From the NCBI GenBank assembly GCA_963813335.1, contig CAWEYL010000003.1:352001-416000 (forward strand): 64,000 nt of DNA, read 5' to 3'. The translations under genes and the position numbers were made by a program. How positions within the stretch are numbered: the first letter of the stretch is position 1; every line of letters begins with the position of its first letter. Source of the DNA: an uncultured Chloroflexia bacterium. Its GTDB lineage: Bacteria > Chloroflexota > Limnocylindria > Limnocylindrales > CSP1-4. The notes beneath the pieces are model-generated. The model had not been told where the DNA came from and made no database searches. It was given only the letters and a program-made list of their open reading frames with translations. Positions 9,637 through 19,028 of the stretch are shown here, piece after piece.

Positions 9637-9880
9637 GGTCCTTCCTCTCGGCTCCCCGCGCCGCTCTCCACGACGTGGATCTGGCCTAGTCAATTCGAGG
9701 TTGCTGCCGGCCCAGCCGACGCCGGGGCGCAGCGAACGCGTGCGTGGCACATTGCTGACATCACACCGCCGCCTTACAGGCGCACGGATCGTGGATCCGA
9801 AGCCCGGTCACTCAGCTCGCGGTCGTTCCCGTGCGCAGGACGACCGCGTCCGGGTTGCGAAGGGCGAGGCAGATCGGGCA

Positions 9881-10246
9881 CTACGCGAAGGCGACCGTCT
9901 TCGCGCCGGCCACGATCTCCTCGACCACCTTGGCCGCCCCGACGATCCTCGCGCCGTCGGCCACCTGCTCCTCGCCGATCCCGCGCGGCTTGGTGCAGGC
10001 GCCGCACAGCCAGACCTCGCCGCCGTTGCCGATGAACTGCGCATACAGGTCGGCCAGCACCGGCAGGCCCGGGGAGGCGATCCCGTCGAGGCCGCCGTGC
10101 GTTCCGAGCCAGACGGCGTCGATCGTGCACAAGACAACCGCGCTTTGTCCCGCGGTCGCCGCGATATTCGCCGCGACGAACGGGAGCGTCGCCCGCTCGG
10201 CCTCGTCCTTGCCGTGCGTGCAATTGAAGATCAGCATGTCGCTCAT
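9881..10246 (-). CDS. DsrE family protein
   Basis: THGKDEAERATLPF, VWLCGACTKPRGI. Confidence 0.88.
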   Translation of the reverse strand: MSDMLIFNCTHGKDEAERATLPFVAANIAATAGQSAVVLCTIDAVWLGTHGGLDGIASPGLPVLADLYAQFIGNGGEVWLCGACTKPRGIGEEQVADGARIVGAAKVVEEIVAGAKTVAFA

Positions 10247-10929
10247 CGGGTCCTCTCGATCGTGAACTGGTGGCGCCCGTCGCCGGTCGCCTCGGTGGAA
10301 CGGACCGTCTGGCCCAGCATCCGGGCCAGCGGCGGCAGGTCCTCCTTCGCCGCCGGGTCGCGCGCGACGACCACGAGGACGTCGCCTAGGGGGATGGCGC
10401 CGATGCGCCGGCGGAACTCGTCCGCCAGGCCGTCGGCGCAACCCATGGCCCCGGCGTCGAAGTGGTGGACGCCCGACTGTGCCGCGGCCCTGGGCGCGTC
10501 CCCCTCGCCAGCCGGCCGGAAGCCGGAGCAGAGGACGTCAAGCCGGGCGATGCGCCCGTCGGGGTCGACGTCGAGGTAGACCTGCTGCTCGACGAGCTCC
10601 CAGGCGCCGTCGGCGTAGGTGCGGAACTGGTACCGGGCCGAGGTGCGGTCGGCCATCCGCTCGGTGAGGACCTCCCGGACCTCGACGGCGTCCGCGTCGC
10701 CGAACCAGTCTGTGTACCTGGCGACGACCTCGGCGGCGCCGGTGACTGCCCCCGGGCCGCTCGGGATGAGGTATCGGAGGGCGGCGTCGCGAGCCAGGAG
10801 GTCGAACATGCCGCGGAAGTCGCGGGCCGCGACGGCCGCGACGAACTGCCGGGCTGCGGCGCGGGCTGGGTCGCCGCCGCTGGGTGCGGCCGGTGCGATT
10901 GTGGCCTGGCCGCCTGCCTGGGATGTCAA
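10243..10929 (-). CDS. SnoaL/NTF2-like domain fused to TusA-like sulfur carrier
   Basis: NTF2-like N-half ending VLCSGF; C-terminal FDAGAMGC...DPAAKEDL; TTG start after a purine-rich RBS. Confidence 0.78.
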   Translation of the reverse strand: MTSQAGGQATIAPAAPSGGDPARAAARQFVAAVAARDFRGMFDLLARDAALRYLIPSGPGAVTGAAEVVARYTDWFGDADAVEVREVLTERMADRTSARYQFRTYADGAWELVEQQVYLDVDPDGRIARLDVLCSGFRPAGEGDAPRAAAQSGVHHFDAGAMGCADGLADEFRRRIGAIPLGDVLVVVARDPAAKEDLPPLARMLGQTVRSTEATGDGRHQFTIERTR

Positions 10930-11004
10930 CTGCGTTTCTCCCCTGCTGGTTGGTGCAGGGGGCACGCTACGGGCTGGGCAACCCCGTGTCGTCCGGCGTT
11001 CGCC

Positions 11005-12660
11005 CTACGAATTGAGCGGTTCGAGCGAGTCGAGCAGGCCCTGCTGCATCGCGAACAGCGTGGCCGTCGAGCGCGTGGAGGCGCCGATCTTGGAGTAGAT
11101 GCGCTCGATGTGGGTGCCCGCCGTCTTGGGCGTGATCCCCAGGAGCCCGGCCACCTGCTTGTTCGACGCGCCCCGGGCGATCAGCAGCAGCACTTCCACC
11201 TCGCGCGCGGTGAGCCCGCCTGGCCCCGTGTGGCGGCGGGCCCGCCGCTGCCCCGCGGCCTCGAGCACCGCGTCAACCGCATCGGCCGCGAGGCGCCCAG
11301 CCCGGACCTCGCCCCGGAGCTGGTCGGCGGCCGCCCTCTCGGTCAGGGCCTCGCGGTACGGTCGTGCCTCGCTCATGGCGGCGAAGGCATCCGCGGCGGC
11401 GAGGATGCGGCCTGTGGCTGGGATCGCCGAGCCGGCGAGCCCGCGGTGGTACCCGGAGCCGTCGAGGCGTTCGTTCGCGAGCGCGGCGATCGCGCCGATC
11501 CGCCCGAGGGCGGGCGGTCGGGAGAGCATCCGGTGCGTGTAGTAGGCGTGCATCCGCATCCGCTCTGCCTCGCTCTTGGACAGCGGGCCGGGCTTCTCGA
11601 GGATCGTGGCCGGCAGGCCGTTCATCCCCAGGTCGTGAAGCAGTCCGGCCCGGCGGAGCGTTGCGGCGTCAGCGGGCGGCAGGCCAGAGAGCTCGGCCGC
11701 CAGCGCCGCCAGCGCCGCCACCCTGCGCGAGTGTCCGCCGCGCGAGGACGACCGGAGGTCGGTGAAGTCCGCCAGGGCCTCCATGGCCGTGTCGATCTCC
11801 GCTTCCGGCAGGCGACGCTGCAGGCCGACCTGGTCCGCGATCTCGTCGTTCCAGTCGCCGACCTTGTCGAGGCCAGCGAGGACGGCCTCGGCGTCGGCTA
11901 AGAAGGCGTCCACCACGTCGGGGGCGAACTGCGTGCCCCGCCACTCCTTGGCCAGCTTGACGGCGCCGGGACGGCCGTGGATGCGGTGCAGGACCTCTAC
12001 GCTGTCGGCGACGTGGAAGAGGCGCACGGCTGGTGCGATCTGCTCCCCGCCGACCCCCTCGGGCACGCCCTTTCCGTCCCACCGCGTGAACACCTGCAGG
12101 AGCTGGTGCGCGACGCCGGCGCCCAACCCGAGGCGCTCGGCCATCCGGGCGGTGGAGATGCAGTGCGACATGAAGCCGCGGGCGACCGGGGCCCCACCGG
12201 TGGACACGAGCGCGACGCCCAGCCTGAGCCGCTGGACGAGGGGCGCGCCGGCTCCCACCTTGCGCAGCGAGTAGGCCATCATCGGCAGGCCGGCCCGGTC
12301 CACGCCGAAGCTGTCACGCCGAAAGGCGATGTCGTCGCCGAACCAGTGCGCCACCTCGGGCGTGTCCGCGACGCAGCCCACCCAGGCAAGCGTCACGACG
12401 TAGTAGAGATCCTGGCGGTCGGCCGCTCCGAGGCCCATCCGCGCGGCGAGGCGGTCGGCGATCAGCCACGAGCGGAGGGCGTGCTCCATGGGCAGGCCGA
12501 GGCCAAGGTCGGTGGCCAGCGAGAAGGCGGCCACGAGGTCGGCCGAGCGGATCCCCGGATCGAGCTCGAGGTCGGGCGAATGGGGCGCAGCGGGTCGCAC
12601 TGCTGCAGTATCCCCCACCGACAGCGCCGGGCCGACGAGCGTCGGCCGGGCCCTGTTCAC
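11005..12660 (-). CDS. HD-domain (HD-GYP-like) protein with C-terminal LuxR HTH
   Basis: SLATDLGLG, RWDGKG.P, LLHDLG, ERLDGSGY, ILAAAD, LTAREVEVL. Confidence 0.9.
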   Translation of the reverse strand: MNRARPTLVGPALSVGDTAAVRPAAPHSPDLELDPGIRSADLVAAFSLATDLGLGLPMEHALRSWLIADRLAARMGLGAADRQDLYYVVTLAWVGCVADTPEVAHWFGDDIAFRRDSFGVDRAGLPMMAYSLRKVGAGAPLVQRLRLGVALVSTGGAPVARGFMSHCISTARMAERLGLGAGVAHQLLQVFTRWDGKGVPEGVGGEQIAPAVRLFHVADSVEVLHRIHGRPGAVKLAKEWRGTQFAPDVVDAFLADAEAVLAGLDKVGDWNDEIADQVGLQRRLPEAEIDTAMEALADFTDLRSSSRGGHSRRVAALAALAAELSGLPPADAATLRRAGLLHDLGMNGLPATILEKPGPLSKSEAERMRMHAYYTHRMLSRPPALGRIGAIAALANERLDGSGYHRGLAGSAIPATGRILAAADAFAAMSEARPYREALTERAAADQLRGEVRAGRLAADAVDAVLEAAGQRRARRHTGPGGLTAREVEVLLLIARGASNKQVAGLLGITPKTAGTHIERIYSKIGASTRSTATLFAMQQGLLDSLEPLNS

Positions 12661-12820
12661 CAGCCGGCCGGCGCCAGATCGACACTCAAGGCGAGCGGAT
12701 GCCTGTGCCAGGTCCTGCGCTCAGCCGGGCGCCGGCCCGGGACGCGCACCAGCAGGCCCGGCCGGAGGGCTCGGTGGGCCGCAGCCTATTTGCCTTCGTC
12801 CGCGTGCCAGAAGGTCAGTC

Positions 12821-12864
12821 TGGTCGGGGCGAGAGGACTCGGCCCGACGGAACCTACCTCATCG
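12821..12864 (-). repeat. tRNA-Pro 3'-end-derived att-like palindromic site (copy 1)
   Basis: TGGTCGGGGCGAGAGGA identical to the tRNA end; GTCGGGGCGAG-AGGA-CTCGGCCCGAC inverted repeat (1 mismatch). Confidence 0.9.
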
Positions 12865-12927
12865 CTGCGAACGCGTTGAGGCTCTCTCGAGCGGGAGAAG
12901 GTCTCGAACTCCACTTGCCCCTTGATC

Positions 12928-15858
12928 TCAGCCCGTCGTCGCCGGGGTAAGCAGCCCCAGGGTCGCCAGACGTTGGACGGCCTCCGCACGCGTCTGACAG
13001 TCGAGCTTCAGGAGCGCGCTGCCGACGTGCATCTCGACGGTGCGCGGGCTGATGAAGAGCGACTGGCCCATCTGACGGCTCGTCATGCCCCGGGCGACGA
13101 GGCGCACGACCTCGAGCTCGCGCCGAGTCAGGCCATGGTCCGCGAGCCTGCGTGCCTCGCGTGGCCCCAGCCGACGCTCGACGGACTCGCCGATCATCGC
13201 GAGGTCGGCGGCGATCGCCCGCCCCAGTGGGATCGCGCCGAGGCGGCGGGCCGTGCGGGCCGCGGCCACGAGCAGCGCGACGCCCTCGTCGCGGCGGCCG
13301 GCGCGAACGACCGCGATCCCGGCGCGGCGCCCGATCTCGGCCCGGTCCAGCGGCAGGTCGCGGGAGGAGACCGCTTCGAGGGCGCTGACGAGATGCTGCG
13401 CCGCGGTTTCGACTTCCCCGTCGATCCAGGCTGCGGCGCCGAGCGTCGCGCCGAGAGCCGCTACCGCCTCGGGCTGGGCAGTCTGGGCGGCGATCCGGGC
13501 GAGGGCTTCGGCGCAGGCCCGGACGCCAGCGCCGTCCCCGAGATCTCCGTAGACGGTGGCCGCCCAGCGCAGCGCGGGCACGATGTAGTGGCGCTCCTCC
13601 GTCCGGCTCCACCGCTCGCGCAGTCGGGCACAGCGCTCCAGCACGGCGGCCTCGTCACCGTCGAGTCGGTCGCACAGGGCTAGCCCCCACGTCGACGTCA
13701 GGTCCATGGCCGCGAGCTCGATGTGGCGGGCGAGCTGGACCGATGCCTCCAGATGTGGGCGCGCTCGCGTCGCGCTTCCGCGTAGCGCGGCGATGATGCC
13801 GACGATGCCTTCGGCGACGGCGCGGGCATGGAGCGTCGCGTCCCCCGAGCGGATCACGTCGCGCCCCATCTGCTCGGCGCGCGACCATTGCCCGGTCTGC
13901 CAGAGAACCATCGTCATGCACGCTACGCACAGTTGCGCCGATGACCCGAGCGCCTGGGTCCGGCAGTACTCGGCGCCTTCGACGTAGGCCGACCGCGCCG
14001 GATCGTAGTGACCGCCGTGCTCGAGCGAGTCGGCGAGCCGCTGGTACAGCTCGGCGGCCGCCGCGACGTGGCCCCCGTCGAGCGCCAGCGACAGACCCTC
14101 GCGGACAAGGGCGAGACCTTCCTCGAACCGGCCGAGTCGCGCCCGCACATTGCCGTCGAGTCCGGTCGCCCGGGCCACCAGGTCGACCCGCCCGGCGGCA
14201 GCAGCCTCCGTCCGCGTCACCGTCAGGAGCTCCTGTGCGGCGCTGAAGCTCCCAGCGGAACGGAGATGGGCGGCAGCCGCGAGGCGCTCGGTCGCCGCTT
14301 CTGCCGGGAGACCGGCCGCGGCGAAGGCGTCAGCGGCGGCGAGGCGGGCGTCGATCGCTCGCGCCCACCGGCCGAGGACTTCGAGGCAGCGGGCCCGGCG
14401 CGCATGCGCCTGCGCGGCGAGGTCGCCCCGGCCCTCCTCAGCCCGCTCGGCTGCCGCCCGCTCCCACGCCCGGGAGGCATCGGCTGGCGAGCCCGCCAGC
14501 TCCGCGGACTCGGCCAGCCGCTCGGTGATGGCGACCCGGGACGCGAGCGTGCCGCGGTCCTCCTCGAGCGCGCGGCGGTAACCGTCCGCGGCATCACGAT
14601 AGGCGTGGACGCGACGCGACGCATCGGCGCTCGAGAGGAGCCAGGGGATGGCCTCCTGAGGCTCGCCGCCGCGGAGCCAGTGCTCGGCGATGACCAGCGG
14701 CTCGGCTTCCCGATCCGCGAGCAACGCCGCGGCGTGACGGTGTCGCGAGCGGCGCTCGGGAGCCGGCAGCTCGTCGACCAGCACCTCGCGAACGAGCGCG
14801 TGGCGGAACCCCACGACCCCGTCCCGATCGGTGAGGATGCCGCACTCGAGACCCTCCCTCGACCACGCACCGGCGTCCGGGACGAGCTCGTCGATGAGCG
14901 ACCCGTCGATCGGATCGCCCAGCAGCGCCGCCGTCACGAGCGCCCGACGGGCCGCGGGGCTCAGGCCGTCCGTGCGCGCGAGGATACTGTCGCGCAGGGT
15001 GTCGGGGATCGGCAGGTCGGCCCGGGCGAGCGTGGCCCGGTCGCCCGAGACGGATACGGCGTCATCTCGGAGCAGGGCAGCGGCGAGCTCCTCCACGAAG
15101 AGCGGAAGGCCCTGACTCCGATCGACGAGCCGCCCGGCCAGTGTGTCGTCCGGCCGGGCGCCCAGCACCTGACTTGCCAGCTCGATGGTCGCCTCGGCAT
15201 CCAACGCGCCGAGCTCCACCTCCTCGAACCGTCCGATCCTGCGGAGTTCCACCCGCAGGCGCCGGACCCCACTGCCGCGCGGGATCTCGTCGGTGCGGTA
15301 TGCGCCGATCGCCAGAAGGGGCTCGTGGGCGGCTCGCGCGGCGATCACCGCGAGGGCCTCCAGGGTGGCATGGTCGGCATCCTGGAGATCCTCCACGACG
15401 AGCACGAGCGGGCGGCGTCGGGCGAGCTCGACGAGGACCTCGCATACGACCTCGAGGACATCAGCTCGGCCCTCGGCGATGACCGGCGACGCAGGCTCGA
15501 GGACCCGCGACGGGACTTCCGTCGATGGATCCAGGCCCAGCAGGATGCGGGCCGCGTCGCCGCCAGGCCTGCCACGCCCGACCCGCTCGATGACGGCTGG
15601 ACCGATCTCGGGCCAGGCGGGGTGGAAGCGGATCGCCGCCACGAGAGGCCCCAGCGGCATGGCGCCGGCACGACCCGCCGTGCCGCCCAGGACCACCAGG
15701 CCTCGCCGGTCGAGGGCGTGCTCGATCAGCGCCGTCTTGCCGATCCCCGCCTCACCGGCGACCAGGAGCACGCCACCGCGGCGCCGCCGAGCGTCAGTGA
15801 CCGCGCGACGAACGGTGGCGAGCTCTCGATCTCGACCGACCAGCGTGGAGGACCGCAT
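12928..15858 (-). CDS. Large ATP-binding LuxR-family regulator (AAA-TPR-HTH)
   Basis: LVGRDREL, GEAGIGKT, VEDLQDAD, GLPLFVEEL; C-terminal LTRRELEV HTH. Confidence 0.92.
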   Translation of the reverse strand: MRSSTLVGRDRELATVRRAVTDARRRRGGVLLVAGEAGIGKTALIEHALDRRGLVVLGGTAGRAGAMPLGPLVAAIRFHPAWPEIGPAVIERVGRGRPGGDAARILLGLDPSTEVPSRVLEPASPVIAEGRADVLEVVCEVLVELARRRPLVLVVEDLQDADHATLEALAVIAARAAHEPLLAIGAYRTDEIPRGSGVRRLRVELRRIGRFEEVELGALDAEATIELASQVLGARPDDTLAGRLVDRSQGLPLFVEELAAALLRDDAVSVSGDRATLARADLPIPDTLRDSILARTDGLSPAARRALVTAALLGDPIDGSLIDELVPDAGAWSREGLECGILTDRDGVVGFRHALVREVLVDELPAPERRSRHRHAAALLADREAEPLVIAEHWLRGGEPQEAIPWLLSSADASRRVHAYRDAADGYRRALEEDRGTLASRVAITERLAESAELAGSPADASRAWERAAAERAEEGRGDLAAQAHARRARCLEVLGRWARAIDARLAAADAFAAAGLPAEAATERLAAAAHLRSAGSFSAAQELLTVTRTEAAAAGRVDLVARATGLDGNVRARLGRFEEGLALVREGLSLALDGGHVAAAAELYQRLADSLEHGGHYDPARSAYVEGAEYCRTQALGSSAQLCVACMTMVLWQTGQWSRAEQMGRDVIRSGDATLHARAVAEGIVGIIAALRGSATRARPHLEASVQLARHIELAAMDLTSTWGLALCDRLDGDEAAVLERCARLRERWSRTEERHYIVPALRWAATVYGDLGDGAGVRACAEALARIAAQTAQPEAVAALGATLGAAAWIDGEVETAAQHLVSALEAVSSRDLPLDRAEIGRRAGIAVVRAGRRDEGVALLVAAARTARRLGAIPLGRAIAADLAMIGESVERRLGPREARRLADHGLTRRELEVVRLVARGMTSRQMGQSLFISPRTVEMHVGSALLKLDCQTRAEAVQRLATLGLLTPATTG

Positions 15859-15864
15859 CCTGGG

Positions 15865-16224
15865 TCAGAAGGTTAACGAAGCGGCACCCGATGCGAGGAG
15901 CTCCACGACCTGCGCCGCGCTGACGATGGACGCGCCGTCGACCAGGTCGTCCGCGGTGATCGCGCGTGGCTTCGTGCACGCGCCGCAGGCCCAGATCCGA
16001 CCGCCGGCCGCAACGAACTGGGCCATGACATCCGAAAGCGCCGGGAGCGTATCGGCCACGACGCCGTCGGCACGGCCCTTCACGGCGAGCCAGGCTCCTT
16101 CGATGGTCAGAAGCACGATCGCATCCTGATCGGCGGTCGCCGCGACGTTCGCCACGACGAAGGGGAGGGTCGCGCGCTCCGGGTCTTCCGGTCCGTGCGT
16201 CGCGTTGACGATGATCGTAGCCAT
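15865..16224 (-). CDS. DsrE family protein (paralog of 9881-10246)
   Basis: THGPEDPERATLPF, IWACGACTKPR. Confidence 0.88.
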   Translation of the reverse strand: MATIIVNATHGPEDPERATLPFVVANVAATADQDAIVLLTIEGAWLAVKGRADGVVADTLPALSDVMAQFVAAGGRIWACGACTKPRAITADDLVDGASIVSAAQVVELLASGAASLTF

Positions 16225-16931
16225 CAGTTCGTGCCTCCTGAGGTCGATTCGTTTCCCGGCGCAGCAGCGCGTCGGATGAAGTAGCGGGCAGCGGCCTCGC
16301 CGGCCTGCTCGCGGCCGACCACGTGGTGGCCGGTCATGCGCCCCCATGAACGGAGGCCGTCCTCCGCCGAGGGGTCGTCGGTCAGGATCTCGAGCGTCTG
16401 GCCCGGCTCGAGGGCAAGGACCTCCGCCCGGATCGTCGGGGTCAGCGTGGCGCAGCTCAGGCCGAGTCCATCGAGCCGACGATCGGCGCGAACGCCAGCC
16501 GATGGCGCGGTGGCGATCGGACCAGCCTCTTCGACGATCGCGAAGCCCGAGCAGACCAGGGCGACGTCCGTCAGGCGGCCGTCGGCCACCCGTGCCACGA
16601 CGCGCTGCTCGACGACCCGGCGGATGCCCTCCTCCCAGAGCCGGATGCGGAAGCCAACCAGGAGCCGGTCGACGATCGAGTCCACGCTCGAGGCCAGCAG
16701 CTCCCGGTCCGAGGTCCCTTCGAACCAGCCCTCGATGACGGCGCGCGTGGCCGCGGCGGTCGATTCCTGGCGGATCGTCCGCGGGGTCAGCGCCCGGAAC
16801 CGGACATCCGGCGCAAGAAGCTGCTCGAACGCGTCGAAGTCCCCGGCGACGACGTCGTCGATGAGCGTCTGGCCGAGCCGCTCGGCGGCCGGGTCGTGTG
16901 GGATCGCGCGGTCGGGCGCGGAAGCGGTCAT
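16224..16931 (-). CDS. SnoaL/NTF2-like domain fused to TusA-like sulfur carrier (paralog of 10243-10929)
   Basis: LLAPDVRFRALTP, LVCSGF, LDGLGLSC...LEILTDDP. Confidence 0.8.
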   Translation of the reverse strand: MTASAPDRAIPHDPAAERLGQTLIDDVVAGDFDAFEQLLAPDVRFRALTPRTIRQESTAAATRAVIEGWFEGTSDRELLASSVDSIVDRLLVGFRIRLWEEGIRRVVEQRVVARVADGRLTDVALVCSGFAIVEEAGPIATAPSAGVRADRRLDGLGLSCATLTPTIRAEVLALEPGQTLEILTDDPSAEDGLRSWGRMTGHHVVGREQAGEAAARYFIRRAAAPGNESTSGGTN

Positions 16932-17109
16932 CTCGGTACCTCCGGGCGTGCGGTCGAGGTCGACTCGACGGTATGTCGCGCGCACGACCCGAACAACCGG
17001 AGCACTACGGGGTTTCCGGTGCGAGGGCGCGCCCGACAGCTGCCGTCCGTCGCGTGACTCGGCGGCCGTGGGAGTAGCATCACCGCCTCGCGGGAGGAGG
17101 TCGTTGTCG

Positions 17110-17976
17110 ATGTCGACATCGGAGGTTCGGGTCTTCGACCCAGTCGCATACAAGAGCACCACCCGCGAGCAATGGCAGACGACCGCCGAGGCGTGGCACC
17201 GGTGGGGGCCGACGCTGGAGGCCTGGCTTGGCCATGCGACCCAGGCGATGCTCGACATGGCTGGCATCAAGGGCGGTGCTCGGGTCCTGGACGTCGCCGC
17301 GGGTGCGGGCGGGCAGACGATCGCGGCGGCCCAACGGGTCGGGCCGAGCGGGACTGTTCTCGCCACCGACATCTCCCCCGTGATCCTCGAATTTGCCCAG
17401 GCTGAGGCCTCGACGGCCGGACTGTCGAACGTGACGACCCGAGTGATGGACGGCGAGGACCTCGAGGTGGAGCCCGGATCGTTCGATGCCGTGATCTCGC
17501 GCCTCGGACTGACCTACTTCCCCGACCAGCAAGAGGCGCTCGGGAACATGCGCCGCGCATTGCGCGACGGCGGACGGGTCGCGGCCATCGTCTACTCGAC
17601 GCCCGAACGCAATCAGTTCAACTCGATCCCGATGTCGATCATCAGGCGACGTGCTGCGCTGCCGCCGCTGCTCCCAGGACAGCCCGGGCCGTTCAGCCTC
17701 GGAGCGCCGGGCGTGGTCGCGGCCGCCTTAGAGACCGCCGGCTTTCACGACGTCGAGACCCGCCTGGTCGACGCGCCACTTCGGCTGACGTCGGCCGCCG
17801 AGTGTGTTCTGCTCGAACGGGAGTCGTTCGGAGCGCTGCGCCAGATGCTCTCCGGCTTGTCCGAGTCCGAACGCAACGAGGCTTGGGTCGAGATCGAAAC
17901 GGCTTTGGCCACGTTCGAGGGTGCGAACGGTTTTGTCGGGCCGTGCCAGCTGCTTGTCGCCGCAGGGATCAGGTAG
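17110..17976 (+). CDS. Class I SAM-dependent methyltransferase (UbiE-like)
   Basis: VLDVAAGAG, TDIS, FDAVISR; GGAGG RBS upstream. Confidence 0.9.
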   Translation: MSTSEVRVFDPVAYKSTTREQWQTTAEAWHRWGPTLEAWLGHATQAMLDMAGIKGGARVLDVAAGAGGQTIAAAQRVGPSGTVLATDISPVILEFAQAEASTAGLSNVTTRVMDGEDLEVEPGSFDAVISRLGLTYFPDQQEALGNMRRALRDGGRVAAIVYSTPERNQFNSIPMSIIRRRAALPPLLPGQPGPFSLGAPGVVAAALETAGFHDVETRLVDAPLRLTSAAECVLLERESFGALRQMLSGLSESERNEAWVEIETALATFEGANGFVGPCQLLVAAGIR

Positions 17977-18130
17977 CTCGGCAACATCCACCGCCATCGG
18001 CTTGGACGGGTCGGCCAGCACGCAGCGACGAGCGGCATGGCCCGGACCTGAAGGTATCCTCCTCGCGCCCACCCCGCGCAAGAACGCGCTATGGTTGGTG
18101 CACGCGGAGGAGGCCCACCACAAGTTGCGA

Positions 18131-18403
18131 ATGGCGGATCTCCAGCCCGGCTGGGCGGTGGTCGGGAATGATGGAAAGCGGGTCGGCGCCGTGCAGCGGG
18201 TCGGCCAGAACTACGTGCTCACCTCGATCGACGGGCGGGCCGGTGAGATCTACATTCCCGCTTCTGCGATCGCCAACGTCGACCACGACGTCATCCATCT
18301 CTCGATGCCGCAGGGAGACGTCGCACAGATGGGATGGGGGCAGCCGCCGCGGGACGACGACGTCCCGACCACGTCCGAGTCCGACCTCCACCGACATGTC
18401 TGA
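18131..18403 (+). CDS. Small PRC-barrel/DUF2171-like protein
   Basis: GWAVVGNDGKRVGAV...IYIPASAI; GGAGGAGG upstream. Confidence 0.7.
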   Translation: MADLQPGWAVVGNDGKRVGAVQRVGQNYVLTSIDGRAGEIYIPASAIANVDHDVIHLSMPQGDVAQMGWGQPPRDDDVPTTSESDLHRHV

Positions 18404-18420
18404 CTCGGCGTCGACCGCGA

Positions 18421-18744
18421 TCAGCGGTGAAGCGTCGGCCGGTAGGTGAGCTCCTGGGTGTGGCCGTCGAGGGTCCTGCCCGCGATCAACTCGAGGTCGA
18501 AGTCGGCTGCACCTTCGAAGATCGGGCGCGCTCCGGTCTGGCCTGTGACCACGGGGAAGATGGTGACCTGCACGCGGTCGACCAAGCCGGCTGCCAAGAG
18601 CGCTCGGTTCATCGACAGGCTGCCGTGCGCGCGTAGAGGCACGTCGGACTCTTCCTTGAGCCGGGCGACCACATCGACGGCGTCGCCGCGCACCAAGGTC
18701 GCGTCCGGCCAATCGAGTGGCTCATCGAGCGTCCTCGAGACGAG
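18421..18744 (-). pseudogene. 5'-truncated dihydrofolate reductase/RibD C-terminal family gene
   Basis: VSRTLDEPLDWPDAT...GSLSMNRALLAAGLVDRVQVTIFPV; N-terminal half is missing and the frame runs into the tRNA. Confidence 0.8.
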
Positions 18745-18751
18745 AGGCAGG

Positions 18752-18830
<79 letters not shown>

Positions 18831-19028
18831 ACCGAGGTGCCCGTTGTACAGGGCCTGCGGATGATAGCGCACCAGGCCGCAATGCCACCGCGAGCACGGA
18901 TCAGTGCGTGCCGTGCCCGTACCTGCCCATGACCATGGTCCCATCGGGTACCGGACCACCGCGACCCTGACCCGGCCTCGCGCGCGAGCCTATGGTGCAG
19001 AGAGGCGACACCCCGGGGCGGGTGCCGC

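Larger units (their letters stand above)
8288..12820. mobile_element. Cassette/mini-island B (4533 bp): HD-LuxR regulator, SnoaL-TusA, DsrE, lipoprotein, small HTH
   Basis: Bounded by tRNA-3'-end direct repeats at 8288 and 12821; no integrase. Confidence 0.65.

Noticed and set aside
5596-12864. CRISPR array interpretation of the 44-bp repeats
   Set aside because: Repeats are kilobases apart with whole genes between them, match a tRNA end, and no cas genes are present.
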